64,000 bases of DNA from Squalus acanthias (lineage: Eukaryota). The stretch is taken from assembly GCA_030390025.1 (NCBI GenBank), contig CM059432.1:132434001-132498000 (forward strand). Direction: 5' to 3'. Both the position numbers and the translations under genes were made by a program. A model generated the notes under the pieces. That model did no database searches. It had not been told where the DNA came from and was given only the letters and a program-made list of their open reading frames with translations. Below are positions 12,271 through 24,880 of the stretch, piece after piece. Numbering within the stretch: the first letter of the stretch is position 1; every line of letters starts with the position of its first letter.

Positions 12271-13443
12271 GCATTGAGAAATAAATCTTCTTTGACTTGA
12301 TCGGGCTACCTAGGTTGAATAAGGAATTACACTTGCTCTCTGTAATGTGCATGCAATCTGTAGCCCTATAAAACAGCCAGAAACTGCTGTACCTAAATTG
12401 AATGAAGGCAGTCATTGCATTTATATCTAAAACACATTTAATACCAATTGAGACTGGACTTCCTCAACTTCGTTCATCTAAAAAAAGTACCTTGGGGCAC
12501 AACTCTCAACATGTACAAATATATAGAAGGAAGAATTACCATCATAAAATTAAGGAATTTATTATAGATATATTTTATGCAAATGCTGCCACAGGTAATG
12601 GCATAATTCAACAAAGTTCTTTGACAGCCCTTTATTTTAAATAAATTGTTACTTTCTTTCCTCCTCACTTCCTGGTTGTCAGCTCCACTGAAGCATCATC
12701 AAAACGTGGTGGTACAAGAGCAGGAAACTCACAATTTTCCATCGCAAATCCTTTGCCTGCAACCCCAGGCAAGAATGCTGCAGTTTAAATGGCGGCTCAA
12801 GCCATTCAGATCTACCTCAGCTTCTCAACTTGGTCGCCCATTGAGTGGATGGGGGATATGCAAATCCCAAACTACCTCTCATTTTCGTCACTTTACCATT
12901 AAATTTTGGGCACTGTAGGAGAGGAAAACCCAGCTCATCAAGTTTAACATTTATGCAAAGAGACTATAATGATTTTTTTTGTTGGAGAAAATGTATCTTC
13001 CAGTAGTATCAACTTTATTAAAAGAGATGAAGGAAAGGCCACTTGATAATTAAGGAAATGGGTTCAGAAGAATGGCAGATGATAATTAAGGAATAGCGGT
13101 TTATGGAAGTCTCCCTGCTAGGATAGATTTACAGTGGAATTTTATTCACTGCTCCAACATGACCGCCTCTTTTAATGGATTAATTTTAATGCTGCTTGAG
13201 TACTGGATAACCTTCTTGACATACGAAAGAAGCACTCATTATCACTGATAAAACGAGCAAGAATTGCGATCTCTCCACGCGTCACAGACTGAATTTTAAT
13301 TGTAAAAGAGTCTGGCAGCACTTCTGTCAAAAAGGCTGGAAAAGACAATGGCAAAGGTCTGTACAATTACAATGTTACCCACTGACTTTATCTGAGCGAG
13401 GCAGCCAACAGAACAGGTCTTCACTTACTTACTTACTTACAAT

Positions 13444-14158
13444 GGGGGAGAAATTTGGTTGGTTAGCGCCTCCCATTAGCGCCTGCTGGGGGGGGGCGGC
13501 GCGGCTAACGGGGCGCTAAGGGGTTAGCGACTGGGCGAGGCGAATGCAGCGACGCCTGTGAATTTCAGTGCCCAGTGCCGGTTCTTACCGCCTAAGCCTC
13601 TAGCCCCTCGCAGATCGTGACGTCATAAAGTGTGCAGCGCCCCGTTATCGCCCCGGATGTGAAATTGCCTCCTGCCCCCTGCTGTATCACCGGGCTTAAA
13701 CAACGGCAGGAAGAGGAGGCGTTGTCAACTCGGCTGGCCGCTTGGGGAGCGCTAATTAAAGGGAATGGTTTTCAGGTAGGCCAACCTTTATTATTTGCTC
13801 TGGTCTGGTGCATGACCAAAGTTTTTGATGTTTCATTGCTGCAAGATGCCCAAGCCCTCCACTTTGTGAGAGTGTTTGGGGCTGTAATGGCAGTCGCACA
13901 GGTCGCCTTGCAACGCAGAACTGCCGACAAGTAGGTTGTGCACCATCATTGGCCCTTCCCTTTAAGAGAGGGAAGCAGCCTCTGATGTCGTTAGCGATGC
14001 GCTCCAAATTGTTCAGCGGTCTGCCGCTACCGCCCCGCTCTCGCACTTTAGCGCCCTAAGAGAAGTGGTTAGCACTTGATTTAGCGCTCCACTTCCCTCA
14101 TTAGCGCCTGGCGCTACTTTTTATACTTTTCAAAAGTTAGCGCCCTAACGGAATTTCT
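13444..14158. mobile_element. Harbinger-derived MITE (TTAGCGCC family)
   Basis: Starts gggggagaaatttggttggttagcgcctcccattagcgcc, nearly identical to the reverse complement of the Harbinger right end at 51665-51705; many ttagcgcc/ggcgctaa motifs. Confidence 0.8.
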
Positions 14159-14159
14159 A

Positions 14160-14161
14160 AT

Positions 14162-14193
<32 letters not shown>

Positions 14194-14194
14194 T
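14160..14194 (+). repeat. (TTTC)n microsatellite
   Basis: Direct reading. Confidence 0.9.
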
Positions 14195-14689
14195 GGTATA
14201 TAGGTAATAATGACTAGAATAGTTTTGCTCCTAATTTATTGGAAGGTCCATATTTTTCTATTGAAGCACATGCTGCCTTCCTGCTCCACCGTGCAGTGCA
14301 ATGCTGCAGCACTTATTCCCCAGAGAGGCACGTTGATAATGGGCAATGCAGGCTCTTGCAGAAAAGCAATAAACGTACTACTGCTGGGCAATGGATGAGA
14401 TAAAGAAAAGGTCTCCCTATTAATTGGTTATGTGAAAAAAAAGTTCAACTGGAAATTTAACAAATTATAAGTTAGTCTGAGGCTTTGGTCACCCTCCCAG
14501 TATGGTGGGAATGATATAATAGCACAACAAATTATTTATAGACAGAGAGGTGTTTATTGGTTTTGAAGTCATGCTGACATGACGACTATTGAGTTTGCGA
14601 CACTCAGCACTTTTGGGATTTGAGAACTCTCCAGTCTAGCATCACTTACTTTCACAGCTTTTTCAAATGGTGTTTCCTCAACTTACCAT

Positions 14690-14915
14690 TAGGCGTTTAT
14701 AAGACAATACATCACAACACTGAAACTTACACCGGGGAAACTGTACGAATGGTCTTTGAGCACAGATAGTTGAACTGGTATAGACAGCCAAACTAGGTGT
14801 AAATACCAATGATACGCAAACAGCTGAGCCAAATACCAGTAAACAGTTGACTTTGACTGACCTTCGACCTGTGGCATACATTCTCCACCCAAACCATGAA
14901 ATACTGATGGAAAGA
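14690..14915 (+). mobile_element. possible ancient Penelope GIY-YIG remnant
   Basis: Frame reads GVYKTIHHNTETYTGETVRMVFEHR, resembling GVYKI...YIGET.R...EH, then a shifted-frame LTD...NHEI; heavily decayed. Confidence 0.35.
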
Positions 14916-15442
14916 CTGATTGGAAAGTACAGTTATTATTGTCAGGGTGCAGCTACTTTCACCCTGGAGAACAAACACAGCCCAGGGATAACATCCCAAT
15001 TTTAGCTCACAGTTAATGGTGCTACAGGGTCATGACAAGGGTCATGAGTTGTTAAATCCTTCTGGACAAACATATATTCACAGCATAAAACTGCTCCATT
15101 AGGCAATTTTGGTTCTTAAAAGCATTGGATTGAACAGCATTAAAAATAACTGACTCTGGGCCCATGTCTTAGTAGCACGGTCAACTTAAACTGGGACACT
15201 TGTGTCTCTACACCCTGGAACTAAGTGTAAAATAAAAATACAAATGTGATTATTTAACTGTCTATAAGTATTTACAGGAAGGAATACAATAGTTCCCAGA
15301 GTAGTCCGTTGTTTCCCAATAACCCCATGAAGTATTTGGGTTACACATTTCAGTTTAAACAGTTTTATGTAGGGACCTGTTCCTACATACAGAGATGTGT
15401 TGCAGGTAAACCCATCGCATACAAGGGGCTCCATCAAAAGAA

Positions 15443-15610
15443 AAGATAGAACTTGCATTTATATAGCACCTTTCTTGGCCTCCGGACATCCCAGAGCGCT
15501 TTACAGCCAATGTAGCACTTTTTGAAGTGTAGTCACTGTGTAGGAAGCACGGCAGCCAATTTGCATGCACAGCAAGGTCCCACAAACAGCAATGAGATAA
15601 CGACCAGATA
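15443..15610 (-). mobile_element. Deu-SINE 3' fragment
   Basis: Matches 495-660. Confidence 0.8.
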
Positions 15611-15666
15611 GTGTCACTGTTGTAATGTAGAGTCAGGGGGAAATGTAACTGTGCACATGAATGCTC

Positions 15667-15796
15667 GGGGTAGATGTTCAACTCACCGCCCAGGCGTGTT
15701 GTGGATTGGCCGCCCGTTATAGAACCTGCCCGATTTTCATTTTCGCCCGGTCCGCAACTTCAATTTTATGCCCGAGTGACAAGTTGAATATCTACC
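15667..15796. mobile_element. short MITE
   Basis: TIR ggtagatgttcaact / agttgaatatctacc. Confidence 0.55.
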
Positions 15797-16016
15797 AGAG
15801 CTACGTAGAGCCTGCAGTCAGCCACGCTCAAATATCCATTGCATTGGAGCAGTCGGTGAATAGTCAGCTGGACACTCAGCTTCTTTTTTGTCAGAGTTAA
15901 TAATATGAAGTCTAAATGTTCCCAGATGCTCGGTTGGATAGTCTGGGAATTTTTTATATCATCACTTTGAGTAGTTGAGTGTTTACTGCACCCACTGCAG
16001 AGCCAAAGTAGTGCGA

Positions 16017-16420
16017 AAAAGAAAGCCCTGTATTTATATAGTGCCTTTCAAGACCTCAGGGCATCCCAAAGCAGTACTTTTTTGAAGTATAGTTACTGAC
16101 GGAATGTAGAAAATGCAGCAGGCCAATTTGCACTCAGCAAGCTCCCATAAGCAGCAATTAAATAAATGACCAGATCATCTGTTTTAGGTGTTAGTTGAAG
16201 GATAAATGTTGGCCAGGAAAACTCCCCTGTTCGTCAATCAAGAGGGCAGACAGGGCCTCAGTTTAGCATCTCAAAGACAGCACCTCCAACAGTGTAGCGC
16301 TCCCTCAGTACTGCATTGGTGGCAGCCTAGATGACATGCTCAAATCTCACTGAAATGGGGCTTGAACGCTCAACCTTCAAGACTCAAAGACAAGTGCTCT
16401 ACCAACTGAGCCACAGCTGA
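16017..16420 (-). mobile_element. Deu-SINE, near full length with tRNA head
   Basis: Tail through Deu core to head (gggcttgaac...ctaccaactgagccacagctga). Confidence 0.82.
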
Positions 16421-16807
16421 GGACACTTCTGCAAGGCGGTCTTGCATCACTTGACAACACGTGAAGTGCCATCAGTTCAGCAGCTTCACACCTGCGTTAT
16501 ACCATGTTTTTAGGGTGTATTCCTAATGTGCTCGAGCACATGAACATTTAAGGGGTAATTGCTGCTGCGGGGGAGCCATGATTATCCAATGTTATTTGGA
16601 TAATTGTGCACAGTGAGTAATTGAATCCTCAATATGTGCTGCCACTGCCAGAAGTTGGAAAATGACCCCTTTAATGTATTTATATAAAATGTCTTTGTTT
16701 GGTACTTTAGTGAATGTGTTAGCGTCTCCTTTAAAATAACAGCCAACAACCCAATCGCTCACTCCCAGATTTCCACAGCTACACCAGGTTTCAGCTTCAC
16801 GCCGACA

Positions 16808-16952
16808 CAAACCTACCCCTTTGACCAAACTTTGACCTGTCCTAATATCTCCTTATGTGGCTCGGTGTCAAATTTTGTTCGCTAACGCCCCTGCGAAGCG
16901 ACTCGGGACGGTTTATTATGCTAAAGGCGCTATATAAATGCAGGCTGTTGTT
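16808..16952 (+). mobile_element. L2 LINE 3' tip
   Basis: tgtcctaatatctccttatgtggctcggtgtcaaa...ggcgctatataaatgcagg. Confidence 0.8.
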
Positions 16953-17008
16953 ATGATCAAAACATGGTTCATATTGAAACTGAAATGTCTGATCCACGAA
17001 CAATTCAT

Positions 17009-17360
17009 GGGGGGGCTAAATTCGGTTGATTTGCGCCTCCCGTTAACGCCTTAAGAGGGCGCTAACGGGGCGCAAATCAACTAGCGCCTGGGCGCGGCGC
17101 CGCTAACGCCTCCCGCGAAATTCAGCAGGAGGTTAGCAGCGGCTTCAATAAGGGGACGAAGACCTGCAGTACCGCGGCGCGACGTGCCGCATTGGCTCGC
17201 AGCGCCCCAAGAGGGATGCGGGGCGCTTCCAGTAGCACCCCTCCTCCCTCTCGGGGCCTTACCTGGGAAAATCGGCCGCGGGGGCGCTAACTTTTTCAGG
17301 GCGTTAAAAGTAGCGCCCCGGCGAAGGTAGCGAAAGGGGGCGCTACCCAAATTTTACCCC
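17009..17360. mobile_element. Harbinger-derived MITE (TTAGCGCC family), short
   Basis: Ends gggggctaaatt / aattttacccc; same left subterminal sequence as 13444 and 47984. Confidence 0.78.
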
Positions 17361-18455
17361 AAGGGGGAATAATAGACTACTCTTATTTCGATCACACTTT
17401 ATTTGTGCTGATTCGAAACTGAAACCATTTTGCATTGGTGCAGCACCAACAACAATAAATTTACATTTATAGAGGCCTTTAACGTAGAAATTGTCCCACG
17501 CTACATCACAGATAGATGTGTGAAAACAGAAAGATGTAGTGTAACTGGCTTACACAACATGAAAGGCATCCTTGTACTTATTAATGGCAAGTTAATCGAG
17601 TGATTACATTACAGATATTATACCTGCCTCCTGGTGCTGTATCCATTACTTTTCTCAGTTACTGTGTGCACATGGTAAAATCAAAATTGATGCCACTGAT
17701 TTTTTAAAGCATTTTCTTTCGGAGAATTCCCGTGTGTGTTTTAGTGCAGCTATCTAGATTGTCGCACATAAATGTTAATAAGGATTAAAAAAAAAACCAT
17801 TTCAATTCATTGACTCAAACCGGTTGTAATTAAACATCGGAAAGACTGTGGCTTTTCTTCTGAAACCATTCCTGCTCTGTGACGGAAATGACAGCTGAAC
17901 AATCCTCGCAAAAAAGTATGACACTTTTTTTGACACCATTTGTGACCAGGTTAGTGTCTGTACTGGTGGATGCTCCACAGTATGCTTTAGAATGGTCACC
18001 TGGGAGTGATTAAAAGGCCACTCTGTGATGGAAGGATTCAAAATGATGTCATAAACTCCAAGAGAAAAAAAAAGCCCTGTCATCTAACGTGCTCATTTAA
18101 TGGGGCTAAATGCACTTATAGACAGAGGTCTTGGGCAAATCCTCTGAAGCCTCATTTGCCACAGTGTGTCAGTGCTAGCAATGCGACCATTCTGATACCG
18201 GGACTCGTAGCTTAATAATAGCAGTACATGAATTAAAGCGAGAAAAGATTAAAAAGATAGTTTATAAAACAGACCAGAAACCCAATCGCGTCTAATTCCT
18301 CCGTTACAATGAATTCTACTGATGTGAGTAAGATGCATCCATTTCTGCTAGCTTTAGCTGCATGTTAGGTTACCGTTGCTGCACACAGTGGGTGCTCTGA
18401 TTTCTGCTGATATTGAGCCTTTGCGATGCAGTGGCTTGTCCAGAGTTTCTAACAG

Positions 18456-18781
18456 AGAAAGAAAGACTTGCATTTATATAGCACCTTTCACAACCTCAGG
18501 ATGTCCCAAACTGCTTTACAGCCAATGAAGTACTTTTTGAAGTGTAATCACCGTTGTAATGTGGGAAACGCGACAGCCAATTTGCGCACAGCAAGCTCCC
18601 GCAAACAGCAACGTGACAACGACCAGATAATCTGTTTCAGTGATGTTGATTGATGGATAAATATTGGCCAGGACACCGGGGAGAACTCCCCCTGCTCTTC
18701 TTCGAAATAGTGCCATAGGATCTTTTACCTGAGAGGTCCACCTCAGTTTAACGTCTCATTCGAAAGATGGCACCTCTGACA
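18456..18781 (-). mobile_element. Deu-SINE (5'-truncated)
   Basis: Close match to 489-825. Confidence 0.85.
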
Positions 18782-19712
18782 GGGAGGAAGGGCAACCTGG
18801 GGGCAAAGCACCCTTCGCACCTGGGGTAGGATGAGAGAACCGCTTGACACTTGGCCTTTCAGTTCCCGCCTCCAGTCTGGAGCCCAGATCCAATTGACGG
18901 TGGGATCGGTTTGAATTGGGTCTGGAATTTTATTTTTAACTTCACTGCAAGCAAAGCAGCGAGTTGGAGGAGGCCACATGGGACTGCTTTCCGATCTAGT
19001 GGACAGGCAGGTAAAGATGGAGGGGGAGGGGGAAAGGAAAGAGGTGATTTCCTGCTGGACACAACACTGTTGGGCTCCCATACATATATAATCGATTGAC
19101 ATTCTTTAAAGGAATGTTTGTAAAAGTTGCCGTAGTTGCTTGGAGCAGTAACCTTTTCTTAGTTTTGTATTTGGACTTTGGTTACAACAGAGCATTTTGA
19201 GAATGTTGGAGCAGATTAAAAGGGATACAGTTGTAATTTTTCTTGACTTTAAAATAAAAATATATGAGACGGGCTGAGGGAAGAATGAAAAAGATGCAGA
19301 AAAAAAATCGAGCGAGACTTGTCCGACTGTAACTGCGCTGCGTGAAGAAATAGCAATCCATTTTCACAGGTTTTATCATCTATAAAATTATCTCCAAATG
19401 CAGAGTAGGCCATGTTTTATATGCACAGCAGGAATACACAATGCAATTACTGCAAGAAGGATGGCTTCAGTGATAATGGACTGAAAAAAATCTATATATT
19501 AAAATAACAGGGACATCCAATTATTAATATTTAATTTAAGTAGATAGTGTCTGTATTAAAACACAGTGGGGGAGATTTCTTCTATCGCGTTAATCGCGTG
19601 GGAGGAGCATGAGTTCCGCGCGCCTGAAGGAGTCAATGTGCATCCTGAGCTATTTTTGTCATCGTGCCTTATTTACATTAATTCGCCAACCTGCCAATGT
19701 GAAGCACGAACA

Positions 19713-20393
19713 CTCACCTTGTTTTCAAATCCTTCCATGGCCTCGCCCCTCTCTACCTCTGTAACCACCTCCAGCCCTACAACCTTTCTCTCTGCGCTCC
19801 TCCAATTCTGGCCTCTTGTGCATCACCGAATTTCATCGCTCCACCATTGGTGGCCATGCCTTCAGCTGCCTGGGCCCTAAGCTCTGGAATTCCCTCCCTA
19901 AACCTCTCCGCCTCTCTAGCTCTCGCTCCTCCTTTAAGTCGCTCCTTAAAACCTACCTCTTTGACCAAGCTTTCGGATGAGACGTTAAACCGAGGCCCCG
20001 TCTGCTCTCTCAGGTGGACGTAAAAGATCCCATGGCACTATTTCGAAGAAGAGCAGGGGAGTTATCCCCAGTGTCCTGGACAATATTCATCCCTCAACCA
20101 ACATAACAAAAACAGATGATCTGGTCATTAGCACATTGCTGTTTGTGGGAGCTTGCTGTGCGCAAATTGGCTGCCGTATTTCTCACATTACAACAGTGAC
20201 TACACTCCAAAAGTACTTCATTGGCTGTAAAGCGCTTTGAGACATCTGGTGGTCGTGAAAGGCGCTATATAAATGCAAGCCTTTCTTTTTATGTGGCTCG
20301 GTGTCAAATGTTTTCTGATAGCGCTCCTGGGAAGCGCTTTGGGAGGTTTTTACTACGTTAAACGCGCTATATAAATGCAAGTTGTTGTTGTTA
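19713..20393 (+). mobile_element. L2 3' end interrupted by a Deu-SINE
   Basis: L2 sequence at 19713-19973 resumes at ~20291 (atgtggctcggtgtcaaa) and runs to a (TTG)n tail. Confidence 0.85.
19970..20290 (+). mobile_element. Deu-SINE (5'-truncated) inside L2
   Basis: ctttcggatgagacgttaaaccgaggcccc...ggcgctatataaatgcaagcctttc. Confidence 0.88.
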
Positions 20394-21111
20394 TCGGCAG
20401 CCCGCCGAAGCTGGGGGCAGGAAATCTGATGGGGCACCTCAAAGGGGAGGAGTGGGACCATCGGGAATGAAATAGAGCAGCAGTTTCTCGCAGCAGGCAA
20501 CATTTTTACAGCACCTATAGCAACAAGGGGATTATATTTGAAAGCCTTTAAGGCCCCAATGCTCAAGCGATTGGAGTAGAAATGAGTGCCAGACCTGTGT
20601 CCAGCTTTCCCCACTACAGCTGAGGATCCCTTTAATGTACGCTTAAAATGGCCACCTCCCGAATTTTACCAGCTGTGTTTGCCGGGTGGGATAAGGAACC
20701 GGCGGTGACAACGTGGGCAGAGAGGAAAACGGTGGCCGGGGTGGTAACTATGTCACCTGGCCCTGATTTGCATTTATTCATGAGGCCTGTTTCTGGCTGG
20801 AGCTCTGGCCGCTTAAACTAAGATCCATCTGAAAATTAGAACGGGCAGCCCTGAGGCAAGGCACTACTTCCATTCCACTCGCAAGTTCGATTCCGACACC
20901 GGCCCCATTTTTTTCGGCATTAAACGGGGCAGTAGCGACATGAAAATCACTCTCGATTTTCCAATACGGCAAAGCGAGTGAGAAAACTATTGAAAGTAGG
21001 TCGTGCACTGTTTATGACGAGTCACTTTTGTTAACTGATCTGATAAGCGTAAGTGCACAGAAAAGCCCTATTGCCAATGTCCAAGCAAATTTGCATTCAG
21101 TCAAAGTAAGG

Positions 21112-21292
21112 ACATAAGAACATAAGAAATAGGAGAAGGAGTAGGCTATTCGGCCCCTCGAGCCTGCTCCGTCATTCAATAAGATCAAGGCTGACCTTCT
21201 ACCTCAACTCTACCCTCCTGCACTATCCCCGTATCCCTTGATTCCCTTCGTATCCAAAAATCTATCGATCTCTGTCTTGAATACACTCAACG
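21112..21292 (-). mobile_element. CR1-like LINE 3' tip
   Basis: acataagaacataagaaataggag tail with the CR1 3' UTR. Confidence 0.85.
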
Positions 21293-21954
21293 AGTATAAA
21301 ATGTCACATAAGCCAGGCCGAATATGCCAAGGTTAAAAAGAAAATGAGGAAGAAAGCAGACAAACAAAACTAAGGATGTTGTTACTGCTCCAAGCAACTA
21401 AAACAAACTCTAGGGACATTCCTTACTGTTGGGTAGATTTTAAGTATGTGATATTACGTACTTGTATGTAAGTATACAACAAAAGAAAGAACAATTAAAT
21501 GATGGCCTGCCCTAGTGTTGACCCTTTGGCCTGTGTGAACCTATATTTAGGTTTGAATAAATGTCTGTGGCAAGGTGTATATTAGTGGTTAGCACTCCTT
21601 TGTGGATGCGCTTATCTGTGTTCCATTCTTTTAAGGGCAAAGTGTAACAGAAACCAGTCAATAAATATATTAATATAATTATTTGAGGAGGACTGTCCCA
21701 TCTCTGCATGGACATTTAAGATAACAAGAACTTTGCTGGAAACCTGTTCAATTCTGCCTGGGAGATACCTCATTCCAGTGGTTCCTTGCGTTTCTCTAAA
21801 CCTACCCTGTCGCACACTTTCTAAAGTTAGAGGTTCGCAAAAAGTAACTTCGGCAGATGGTTTGTCAAGAAATCTTTTGGAAACCAAAAATTGATACTCA
21901 GTACTAAAAGGGTTAAAAATAAAATCAATCAAATAACAAAGGCAACACTTTAAT

Positions 21955-22480
21955 GAGAAACATAGAAAAATAGGAGCAGGAGTAGGCCATTCGGCCCTTT
22001 GAGCCTACTCCGCCATTCAATATGATCATGGCTGATCCTCTATCTCAATACCATATTCCCGCTCTCTCCCCATACCCCTTGATGCCTTTTGTGTCTAGAA
22101 ATCTATCTATCTCCTTCTTAAATATATTCAGTGACTTGGCCTCCACAGCCTTCTGTGGTAGAGAATTCCACAGGTTCACCACCCTCTGAGTGAAGACATT
22201 TCTCCTCATCTCAGTCCTAAATGTCCTACCCCGTATCCTGAGACTGTGAGCCCTCGTTCTAGACCCCCCGGCCAGGGGAAACATCCTCACTGCATCCAGT
22301 CTGTCTAGCCCTGTCAGAATTTTATACGTTTCAATGAGATCCCCTCTCATTCTTCTAAACTCTAGTGAATACAGGCCTAGTCGACCCAATCTCTCCTCAT
22401 ACGACAGTCCTGCCATCCCAGGAATCAGTCTGGTGAACCTTCGCTGCACTCCCTCTATGGCAAGTTTATCCTTTCTTAGG
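21955..22480 (-). mobile_element. CR1-like LINE 3' end
   Basis: Intact ORF2 C-terminus QRRFTRLIPGMAGLSYEERLGRLGLYSLEFRRMRGDLIETYK...GYGERAGIWY. Confidence 0.92.
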
Positions 22481-22704
22481 ATGCACGTTCACAACGGGTA
22501 AAGTCTCACTCTCATGAGGAGCGCTTTTTTCAAGTGGCTGGACAGTAAACGAGGGGTTGGGGTACCTCATGTTTTAGATTTTCAGACCATCTTCTCGGCT
22601 TCAGAATGGGAAATGTTATTAGGAGAGGCAGTGCTGAGCTGGATATCCAACCCACCGTGCCAGAGAATAATTTTCCATTTGACATGTATCCAGTCTTTAA
22701 AGAA

Positions 22705-23422
22705 AAAAAGAAAAGGAAGGGCTAGCATTCATATTGTGCCTGTCATGACCCCAGGATTTCCCAAAGAGCTTTACAGCCAATGAAGTACTTTTTGTAGTGT
22801 AGTCACTTTTATAATGTAAGAAACGCAGCAGACAATTTGCACACAGCAAGCTCCCACAAACAGCAATGTGATAAGGACCAGACCATCTTTTATTTAAGTG
22901 ATGTTGGTTGAGGGATAAATATGTAACACCATCAAGGGTGTTTTGGTAGTTAAGTTCTCGATAATTTTCAGTCATAAGCAAAATGGAAAGATGGACAGAA
23001 TTGTGGGATATTATCCCCAAATCACTAGTAAAAATCTTGGGATGTTACATATTAAAATGGAATTTGAATTATTCAGTCACCATAACACAGTGGCCCTGGT
23101 TATATTTGTCCTTCCATTATTATTGCACTTTTTGTGTTTTTTTCCTAACTCTTAATGGGCCACTTTTAAAATAAAATTAGACCATGAAATCGTGGTGTCG
23201 ATTGAGGGATAAATATTGGCCAGGACACCAGGGAAACTCCCCTGCTGTTCTTCAAAATAGTTCCGTGGGATCGTTTATGTCCACCTGAGAGGACTGACAG
23301 GGCATCAGTTTAACGTCTCATCCGAAAGACGGCACCTCCGACTGATCCCTCAGTACTGCACTGAAGTGTCAGCCTGGATTATGTGCTCGAATCTCTGGAG
23401 TGGGGCTTGAACCATGGCTGAC
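22705..23422 (-). mobile_element. Deu-SINE split by a 268-bp templated insertion
   Basis: SINE 22705-22922, insert 22923-23190, then SINE resumes 23191-23422 with ttgagggataaatat repeated on both sides of the insert. Confidence 0.82.
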
Positions 23423-23451
23423 ACCTAGGAAAGCAAAGACAGGGTAGTGAG

Positions 23452-23579
23452 CAACGTTGCCTCCTCTAAGCTGCGCTGCTCCCTGCCGCTCCCGCCCAGA
23501 CTGGGACCGGCTTTTCCCATGTTAAATGTCGCGCATGCGCGAAACTGTGAGCGGAAAAAGAAAATTGAGGGGAACGTTG
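23452..23579. mobile_element. hAT-type MITE
   Basis: TIR caacgttgcctc / gaggggaacgttg; 8-bp TSD gtagtgag/gcagtgag (7 of 8 match). Confidence 0.75.
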
Positions 23580-24400
23580 GCAGTGAGTCACCCCAAACAT
23601 CTCTTCTGCACCTCTGGCATGCTGTGACAGAGCAGCTTTGGTACAGATCAGGTCAGCCTTCTGTCACCTCCACTGAGGATGATGCGTGACAAGGGAGGAA
23701 CACCAGATGGGATAGAGGCACAATAACAAACATCTCTTAAAAAGGGCAATTCAAAAAAAAAATTGTACCTGGTGGGAGTTTGTAAATGTAGAATCTTTGA
23801 ACGCTACATCAGATGCCCTAATGCTGGTAAATGGTTAAAAAAAAAAAATGATTGGATTAAAGGAGAAATGGAAAAACCTGAACTGGAAAGTATCGAGATG
23901 AATTCTACATTTACCCTGAACGTTACTTAATTACCCCCCAACACCTGCTATTACTTTACATACTCCTGGATGGCAATCATCATTCTTAATCCCTGATAAA
24001 AGACATACCATCATGACACTGCAGTCCTGCCTTGAGTGCATTCAGGGAATTCAGATTTTGAATATAATGACAGAGAAGAGCGCATTATCTAACTTCATGC
24101 ACAAACAGGCGCCCCTCAATAATACACTGTCACTTCCATTTACCTGTTTATTGGCTCCACGCTCAGGCCCTGGAGGGAAATGGCTGTGAAATGTTTAATG
24201 GATTTTGAAGTACCTTCTTTGTTATCTCACCCGAGGCTGTTTCTGAAACGCCGGCTGAAGCGCTCGGGAAAGCTTGACTGGTGCATTTTTTTGTTGTATT
24301 TTATTTTTTGAGAGGCAAAGGCTTTTCTCCACAAGCTCCCCAACCCCCACCCCCGCACAACCTGCCTTTTGATAAGAGGTGTTTTTAAAGTTGTAATCAG

Positions 24401-24548
24401 AGCCTAGAAATTACTGTCGGCGACATCAGTGGATGAATGTTTAACACGCTTGTGCGACATCCCACTGTCGGTGTCGTCGCCATTTAAAAAGCGGAATGTT
24501 GTATGAATGTATTGGTCCACTAACATTGCCAACAGTAATTTCTGGGCT
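24401..24548. mobile_element. palindromic MITE
   Basis: TIR agcctagaaattactgtcggc / gccaacagtaatttctgggct. Confidence 0.7.
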
Positions 24549-24671
24549 CATGTGTGGCACGTGCCCTTGCTCGATAAGTGTGGCTTGTTGGTTGAAAACT
24601 TCGATGAGTCACGGTGCACCGTGGAAAGAAAGGAAGAAATAAATAAATACAAATATAAATATATAAATAAA

Positions 24672-24880
24672 TAAAGACAGACTTGCATTTATATAACACC
24701 TTTCACGGCCTCAGGATGTCCCAAAGTGCTTGACAGCCAATGAAGTAATTTTGAAGTCTAGTCACTGTTGCAATGTAGGAAACTCGGCAGCCAATCTGCG
24801 CACAGCAAGCTCCCACAAACAGCAATGTGACAACAGCCAGATCATCTTTTTTTAGGCGATGTTGGTTGAGGGATAAATAT
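24672..24880 (-). mobile_element. Deu-SINE 3' fragment
   Basis: Matches the SINE tail and is truncated at gagggataaatat. Confidence 0.82.

Noticed and set aside
14731..14868. 138-nt minus-strand exon candidate with gtaagt donor
   Set aside because: The acceptor lacks a polypyrimidine tract, the peptides are unrecognised, and the plus strand is better explained as a Penelope remnant.
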